A stretch of DNA of 45,318 bases, from the NCBI GenBank assembly GCA_030611985.1, contig JAUWOS010000002.1, positions 1 to 45,318 on the forward strand, given 5' to 3'. Within the stretch, counting starts at the first letter, position 1. Every line of letters starts with the position of its first letter. This stretch comes from Desulfobacterales bacterium (GTDB taxonomy: Bacteria; Desulfobacterota; Desulfobacteria; Desulfobacterales; ETH-SRB1). The translations under genes were made by a program, and so were the position numbers. Under the pieces are notes generated by a model. It made no database searches, had not been told where the DNA came from, and saw only the letters and a program-made list of their open reading frames with translations. Of this stretch, positions 40,768 to 45,318 are shown piece after piece.

Positions 40768-42120
40768 CTATCTATCCTTTAAGCAGTATTGCAATTTCTC
40801 AAAATCGCCAAGGAAGGGTATAGCTCCGAACCGACCGTCAAGGTATCCTTTACCCAGCTTGAGATCAGGCCTCACCTTATATTCAGAAAGAGAATACAAG
40901 TGAGTAGAGCCTTCTTCATCTTTTTCCGTAAACCAAATCTCGTCTCTCCTGAGCAGTTCTCTATCCAGCAGATTGCTTTCATGGGTGGTAATAATGATCT
41001 GGCCTCTGCCACACTTCTGATCATCAAGGTATGCCTGTAAAAACATTCTCGACAGAAGAGGGTGCATACTGCGGTCAATTTCATCGATGATGTACACCCG
41101 TTCCTCACTCTTCGAATGTAATAAAGCCGGAAGCAGATCCATTAGCCGCCTTGTGCCATCAGATTCATATTTAATTTCCATGTCAACATGGCCCCCTGTC
41201 TTTAATTTATGCCTTGCTTTCAGCCACAACAGCACAATCTCTCCATTTTCCTCGCGCATCAAAGTATATCGACGCCCTTCCGGAGTGCTGAGCATGACCC
41301 TGACATTGGGCTTGATGTTCAGAAGATCATTTTTCAGCTTTTCCGGCATTTCTGGAAAATATTTATCGAAATCAGGGTCAATCTTTTCAGTAACTATTGA
41401 ATCAATCCCAGTATCGGCATTTTTCAGAAAAATCCCCATAAACTGAATGAAATTTTCATTTGTATAAGCATCAAAAATAAGATCGCGATAGGCAGATTCT
41501 GGGTCGATTATCACAAGAACCGCTCTAAACCAGTTAATCAACGGCAGGACGTCTTTCACGTTTTTCTGGTACAGTTCATGGAGAAACAGTTCATTCGGCC
41601 TCGTTCCTTCCGCGATAAAACTCAAAAACTGATGCTTTTTTGTTTTCTTTTTGGCAAGACTTGGTCCAAATTCAATCCTTGCCTTACCATTGGATCTGGC
41701 AATCCTTTCAAAAAGCCGAACTTCCTGGACATTGCGGATGGCAAATAGCCACTCCTCTTTGACTTCCGACTCATTCACGACAAAGCCATAGGTATATATG
41801 GTGTCCTGGTAATTTATGACAAACTCAAATCTGCTTGGGGACTTCCGGCTTTCCTCATTCAGCTTGAAAGGAGTTACAGGGATTCTCTGATCCGGCCTTG
41901 TCCCATCGACAATAAAGCTTTTAGCGAAGGCAATCGCCTTAACCAGATTGGATTTGCCGCTGCCATTGGCTCCATAAACAGCCGCTGTCCGCAATATGGA
42001 TTTCTTTTTCTTGTTAGGGATAAGATGAAGCGGGTGTTTGGCGTCAGAAGTGGCTAACAAGTTCAGACTACTTTCTTCTTTAAAAGAAAGGAAATTTTTA
42101 ACTGTAAATTGAACTAACAT
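40768..42120 (-). CDS. AAA_15/AAA_21-type ABC-like ATPase (AbiLi-type partner)
   Basis: MLVQFTVKNFLSFKEES start, Walker A GANGSGKSN, Walker B-like VYIIDEIDRSMHP and a TTHES motif. The gene lies 13 nt upstream of the RloB gene. Confidence 0.8.
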   Translation of the reverse strand: MLVQFTVKNFLSFKEESSLNLLATSDAKHPLHLIPNKKKKSILRTAAVYGANGSGKSNLVKAIAFAKSFIVDGTRPDQRIPVTPFKLNEESRKSPSRFEFVINYQDTIYTYGFVVNESEVKEEWLFAIRNVQEVRLFERIARSNGKARIEFGPSLAKKKTKKHQFLSFIAEGTRPNELFLHELYQKNVKDVLPLINWFRAVLVIIDPESAYRDLIFDAYTNENFIQFMGIFLKNADTGIDSIVTEKIDPDFDKYFPEMPEKLKNDLLNIKPNVRVMLSTPEGRRYTLMREENGEIVLLWLKARHKLKTGGHVDMEIKYESDGTRRLMDLLPALLHSKSEERVYIIDEIDRSMHPLLSRMFLQAYLDDQKCGRGQIIITTHESNLLDRELLRRDEIWFTEKDEEGSTHLYSLSEYKVRPDLKLGKGYLDGRFGAIPFLGDFEKLQYCLKDR

Positions 42121-42282
42121 TTTCGACGACCCCCATTTAAAAGAAAAATAAGAGATAAAATCTCCATCTTTATTTTCTTATAGGAGAATTATTACTATAT
42201 ATCAAGTAAATTTTACGATTTTTTCTCTAAAAGAAGGTTTTTACAACTATTTGACTTCCTGCTTCCAATTTGTTTTCTCTTA

Positions 42283-42335
42283 GGCGGCCTGAAGCTGTGA
42301 TGCATAGTTGTGGAAGCTATTTCGTCCACGTTCCT
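42283..42335 (-). repeat. Module b plus R1 core (reverse orientation)
   Basis: GGCGGCCTGAAGCTGTGATGCATAGTTGT, then GGAAGCTATTTCGTCCACGTTCCT. It ends 3 nt from the stop codon of the Mur-type ligase gene. Confidence 0.75.
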
Positions 42336-42338
42336 AAA

Positions 42339-43916
42339 TCATAATTTGAGCGACAATTCATATAAATCAGGTAAATCATTTTCTAACAGAATTACATCTG
42401 AAGAACGAGTGTTTTGAGCAAGCCAGGTTTGGGCATCGGCAAAAGTCGAACACAGGATAAGTTTTTGGTGAGATGTGGCATTTTTTTTAAAAGATTTTGT
42501 AAAGGTCTTTATGCGCTCTGGCGCCACAGCAAGCGCTATATCGGCGTATTCGGCCGCTTTAAGACCAATTTTTTCGTGTTCAAAATCGTGTACCTTTCCA
42601 AGCTCAACCATTCCAGGTGTAACAAGAATTCGACGGCCACCCGGTTGTCTGAGTACATCCAGCAATTCAAGCGCTGCTACAAAACCTTCAGGATTTGAAT
42701 TAAATGCATCGTCTATCAGCACACCGCCATGAACTTGTGATCGCACTTCAAGTCGATGGGCAATTTGAGGCGTGCTTTTTAAGGCTGTTATAACTGTTTC
42801 GGGCGCAATATTCAGTGTGCATGCCGCAGCAAAAGCAAGTGCCATATTTTTCCCATGGTGCTTACCGTAAAGCGGCGCTTCGAGAGTATACGCTTTTCCA
42901 TACCATACCACATCCACCATAAGGCCTTCTCGATGTTGATTAATTTGCTTAATACTAAGAGCCGCTTTTTCCCCGTCGCATATAATAAACTTTTCCGCAT
43001 GAGTATTGGCAAAAGCGCTAGTATAAGGAAACGATAAAACGTCGGCATGCGTTACAATTTTTCCGCCTTTTTTGCAAACAGCTTCGACCAACTCGAATTT
43101 TGCCGCAGCGACAGTTTGCAGTGACTTGAAACGTTCGTAATGCGAATAGCCGATACTGGTGACAATAGCCATATCGGGTGGTGTTAAGTCACAGAGACGA
43201 GCTATCGAACCCTTGCCATACGCTCCCATTTCAACCACAAAGTATTTATGGTGTGGTGTTAAGCGTTCGCGAATAATACGGGTAATTCCCATCTGGGTAT
43301 TGACACTGCCTGGAGTTGAAAGCGTGAGGCAGGTTGTTTCCAGAATATGTCCTAGAATATGCTTGAGTGAGGTTTTGCCAAACGAACCTGTAATACCGAT
43401 TATAATCGGCCGCAATTTTTGCACTTTAGTATAAGCTTCATTCCAGTATTTTCGCTGGATGCGTTTTTCTATTGGTTGAAGAAGCTCTTTCGCAATCACA
43501 AGTAAAAACGGCAGTAATTGGACAGGAACAAGCCATATAAAAGGAGAGGATACCAACATACCAATACCCCCAACAATAATTGACAACAGAAGAGCCGGCA
43601 AAAAAATACGCAATGCTCGATGTGTAAGAACAAGTTTCTTCTTAGCATGTTGTCTGGGATCTCGCTCTTTCAGCGCGAAAATCAGGAATAATAAGATTAT
43701 TGGCAGGGGGTAAAATACGTATTGGTGAATAGTGAGATGAAAAAGGGCGACGCCAATAATAAGAAGCGAAAGTCTTTTGTCAAAAGCTCGTTTCTCAACT
43801 ATCCATCTCAGAAAGCGAATACTATCATATTCATCTTGTTGAAAAATATGCAAATATGTCAATAAGCGTTTTGCTGAAAAAAGGGCAAGTGAAACTGCTA
43901 TCAATACAATCGTCAT
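42339..43916 (-). CDS. Mur-ligase-family enzyme (MurF-like core) with a polytopic N-terminal membrane domain
   Basis: About 165 N-terminal residues carry 4-5 hydrophobic helices in place of the MurF UDP-MurNAc-binding domain. Then comes GITGSFGKTS (Mur ligase P-loop) and the central and C-terminal Mur ligase regions (DDAFNSNPEG). Confidence 0.75.
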   Translation of the reverse strand: MTIVLIAVSLALFSAKRLLTYLHIFQQDEYDSIRFLRWIVEKRAFDKRLSLLIIGVALFHLTIHQYVFYPLPIILLFLIFALKERDPRQHAKKKLVLTHRALRIFLPALLLSIIVGGIGMLVSSPFIWLVPVQLLPFLLVIAKELLQPIEKRIQRKYWNEAYTKVQKLRPIIIGITGSFGKTSLKHILGHILETTCLTLSTPGSVNTQMGITRIIRERLTPHHKYFVVEMGAYGKGSIARLCDLTPPDMAIVTSIGYSHYERFKSLQTVAAAKFELVEAVCKKGGKIVTHADVLSFPYTSAFANTHAEKFIICDGEKAALSIKQINQHREGLMVDVVWYGKAYTLEAPLYGKHHGKNMALAFAAACTLNIAPETVITALKSTPQIAHRLEVRSQVHGGVLIDDAFNSNPEGFVAALELLDVLRQPGGRRILVTPGMVELGKVHDFEHEKIGLKAAEYADIALAVAPERIKTFTKSFKKNATSHQKLILCSTFADAQTWLAQNTRSSDVILLENDLPDLYELSLKL

Positions 43917-44692
43917 GAAACAGTATTCTCCAAAAATGCTTTCAGCCGGTTCGCCACCTGATATTTACCCTGCGTAAGGATGCTGCAATGATCATATCTA
44001 TGTAACAGGAAAAACGAGGCTTTTTGCATACACTTTGCATATTGCTGACCGATATAAAATGGTGTTTCTTTATCCCTGTCCCCATAAACCAGATGAACAG
44101 GGCAATGTACTTTTTTTACAATCTCGGTCAGATCTTCCGAAACTATTTTAGTAAAGGTCGGGCGGAGTATTCCGGCACTCCGATAGTCTCGACTGCCGAA
44201 TCTACTCTTCAGCCAATTAGCGCTAACTCCAAAAGGAACTAATCTCTTGAGACCTTTATATGAATAAATCTTTGCTTTAATTTTAAGTTGTTTCCATAGC
44301 GAACGCCGGTTCGGCAAGCCAGGCGCCGCAATTAAAAAAAGGCCGTCAATCAAGTCAGGATAAAGCGCTGCTATTTGAATCCCGACCCTGCACCCAAAAG
44401 AGTGGCCTACCCATATTCTTTTGTCACATGAAAAACTTTTCAGCCAGGCAGCAATATGTTCAGCATAATCTTTTGTTCCCCATGCTTCCGGTGGCATAGG
44501 AGAATAGCCAAAACCGGGAAAATCTATCAAAAGATGCGACCCAATTTTTTCCAGTGATTTGGCAAGAGGAAGTAATGCAACATGTGATTGCATCCAGCCA
44601 TGAGCCCAAATAATTTGAGGAATATCTGCTTTTGGCTCTGCGCCTAATTGTTGAAACGCCAATTCTATGCCAAGAGGATGAACGGTTTGCAT
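43913..44692 (-). CDS. Alpha/beta-fold hydrolase
   Basis: HGW oxyanion region and the nucleophile elbow GHSFG. 259 aa. Its stop overlaps the Mur-type ligase start by 4 nt. Confidence 0.75.
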   Translation of the reverse strand: MQTVHPLGIELAFQQLGAEPKADIPQIIWAHGWMQSHVALLPLAKSLEKIGSHLLIDFPGFGYSPMPPEAWGTKDYAEHIAAWLKSFSCDKRIWVGHSFGCRVGIQIAALYPDLIDGLFLIAAPGLPNRRSLWKQLKIKAKIYSYKGLKRLVPFGVSANWLKSRFGSRDYRSAGILRPTFTKIVSEDLTEIVKKVHCPVHLVYGDRDKETPFYIGQQYAKCMQKASFFLLHRYDHCSILTQGKYQVANRLKAFLENTVS

Positions 44693-44840
44693 ATTATTAT
44701 ACTTTTAGAGGTTTTTAATGACTCGCCCAAAAAATAATTTCACATTTTAAGCGCCGATACATCCCGCCTGGCTGCGCTGCAAAAGCTCGGAATATCCTGT
44801 TCTATTTCGAGAACTTTTCGATTGAGGCTCGGATAAATAT

Positions 44841-44890
44841 GGCCTGAAGCTGTGATGCATAGTTGAGGAAGTTATTTCGTCCACGTTCCT
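44841..44890 (-). repeat. Module b plus R1 core (reverse orientation)
   Basis: GGCCTGAAGCTGTGATGCATAGTTGA, then GGAAGTTATTTCGTCCACGTTCCT, followed by AAGGCGGGA as at 27564-27576 (inverted). Confidence 0.75.
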
Positions 44891-45110
44891 AAGGCGGGAC
44901 ATTTGAAAATAGCCCGACAATTTATTGTCGGGATGAGTTGAACAAAAATTCGCAAGTCCCGAAGGGACGGCAGAAAGATTGAGGACGTAACATCTGTTTT
45001 AATAGTATAGGAATTTCCATTTTATGCTTAATGAATTCAATATGATAGGATAAATGAGTGTTTGCTGTTGCATTATTAACAAATTGCACCAGGGTTAGGT
45101 TTCAGGCACT

Positions 45111-45144
45111 TTAAAAGCCCGCACCAAAGGTGCGCTAATTTAAG
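45111..45144 (-). repeat. Short repeat family E (inverted copy)
   Basis: TTAAAAGCCCGCACCAAAGGTGCGCTAATTTAAG approximates the reverse complement of 17952-17984. Confidence 0.6.
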
Positions 45145-45160
45145 TTGGATATGTTTATTT

Positions 45161-45318
45161 GTAACCGTTCACGGGAGAATCGGTAGCACAACAAAGCTGC
45201 TTCCCAACATGTAAGCTTTTACAGGTGCTGTAGATGTGCGTTTTCAGGGCAATCAACTATAGATTTGCTATGTTGGTTGCCCTGAAAACGTGCATATGCA
45301 GTGCCTGTGAACGCTTAC
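45161..45318 (+). mobile_element. Repeat family B, copy B4 (ends exactly at the window edge)
   Basis: GTAACCGTTCACGGGAGAATCGG ... CCTGTGAACGCTTAC, 158 bp, near-identical to B1 and B3. Confidence 0.8.

Noticed and set aside
9846-44890. The 24-nt R1 repeat as a CRISPR repeat or orphan array
   Set aside because: Copies are kilobases apart and occur in both orientations. They are never regularly spaced with unique spacers of constant length: the closest pair, 10035/10074, is only two units. No cas genes or leader are present.
19238-44890. R1-containing elements as integron attC sites with gene cassettes
   Set aside because: There is no intI or attI in the window. The junctions (GTTAGGA, GTAAGGA, TTTAGGA) do not consistently fit the GTTRRRY core. 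Flanked genes lie in both orientations and include multi-gene operons.

Overview
This 45.3-kb, AT-leaning chromosomal window looks like an anaerobic, sulfate-reducer-type deltaproteobacterium. That origin is an inference from desulfoferrodoxin, two UGA-Sec genes and the general gene content; there is no rRNA to confirm it. Gene order, left to right: (1) a partial tRNA. (2) A DRTGG protein, a GT4 glycosyltransferase, a glutaredoxin-like selenoprotein absent from the ORF track, and a LOG-family protein (0.6-3.3 kb). (3) A 12-kb polysaccharide export/regulation locus: Wzz, a 930-aa Wza/SLBB protein, a YjbH/GfcD-type barrel and a Gly/Ala-rich secreted protein, with a convergent Wza, BY-kinase and PHP phosphatase; two inverted copies of one MITE bracket it (3.4-15.8 kb). 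(4) vapBC, bracketed by two IS66-type MITEs. (5) A DUF4338 fragment, AdoMet decarboxylase and a K+ channel. (6) A YbjN-like/PspA/DUF4178 module and a solitary recB. (7) A graveyard of truncated genes (TerB_N and others) beside an AAA-ATPase_like/PDDEXK_9 gene. (8) An oxygen-defence island: catalase-DUF4197, a Trx-fold selenoprotein, cytochrome P460, desulfoferrodoxin with a duplicated Zn-ribbon partner, and truncated CCP and YyaL genes. (9) A response regulator, a group II intron D5/D6 remnant, a frameshifted DUF134 plus DUF5320, scpB and tRNA-Val. (10) A Ddl-like ATP-grasp, a membrane-anchored Mur-type ligase and an alpha/beta hydrolase, split by an AbiL-like (AAA ATPase + RloB) defence pair. 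At least five dispersed repeat families fill most intergenic spacers. The items I consider most worth follow-up are the two hidden selenoprotein genes, the non-canonical Mur-ligase/ATP-grasp/hydrolase set, the strand-asymmetric 158-bp IS66-type element, and the modular 24-nt R1 repeat network that abuts gene ends. All family assignments come from motif recognition by eye. No database search was run.
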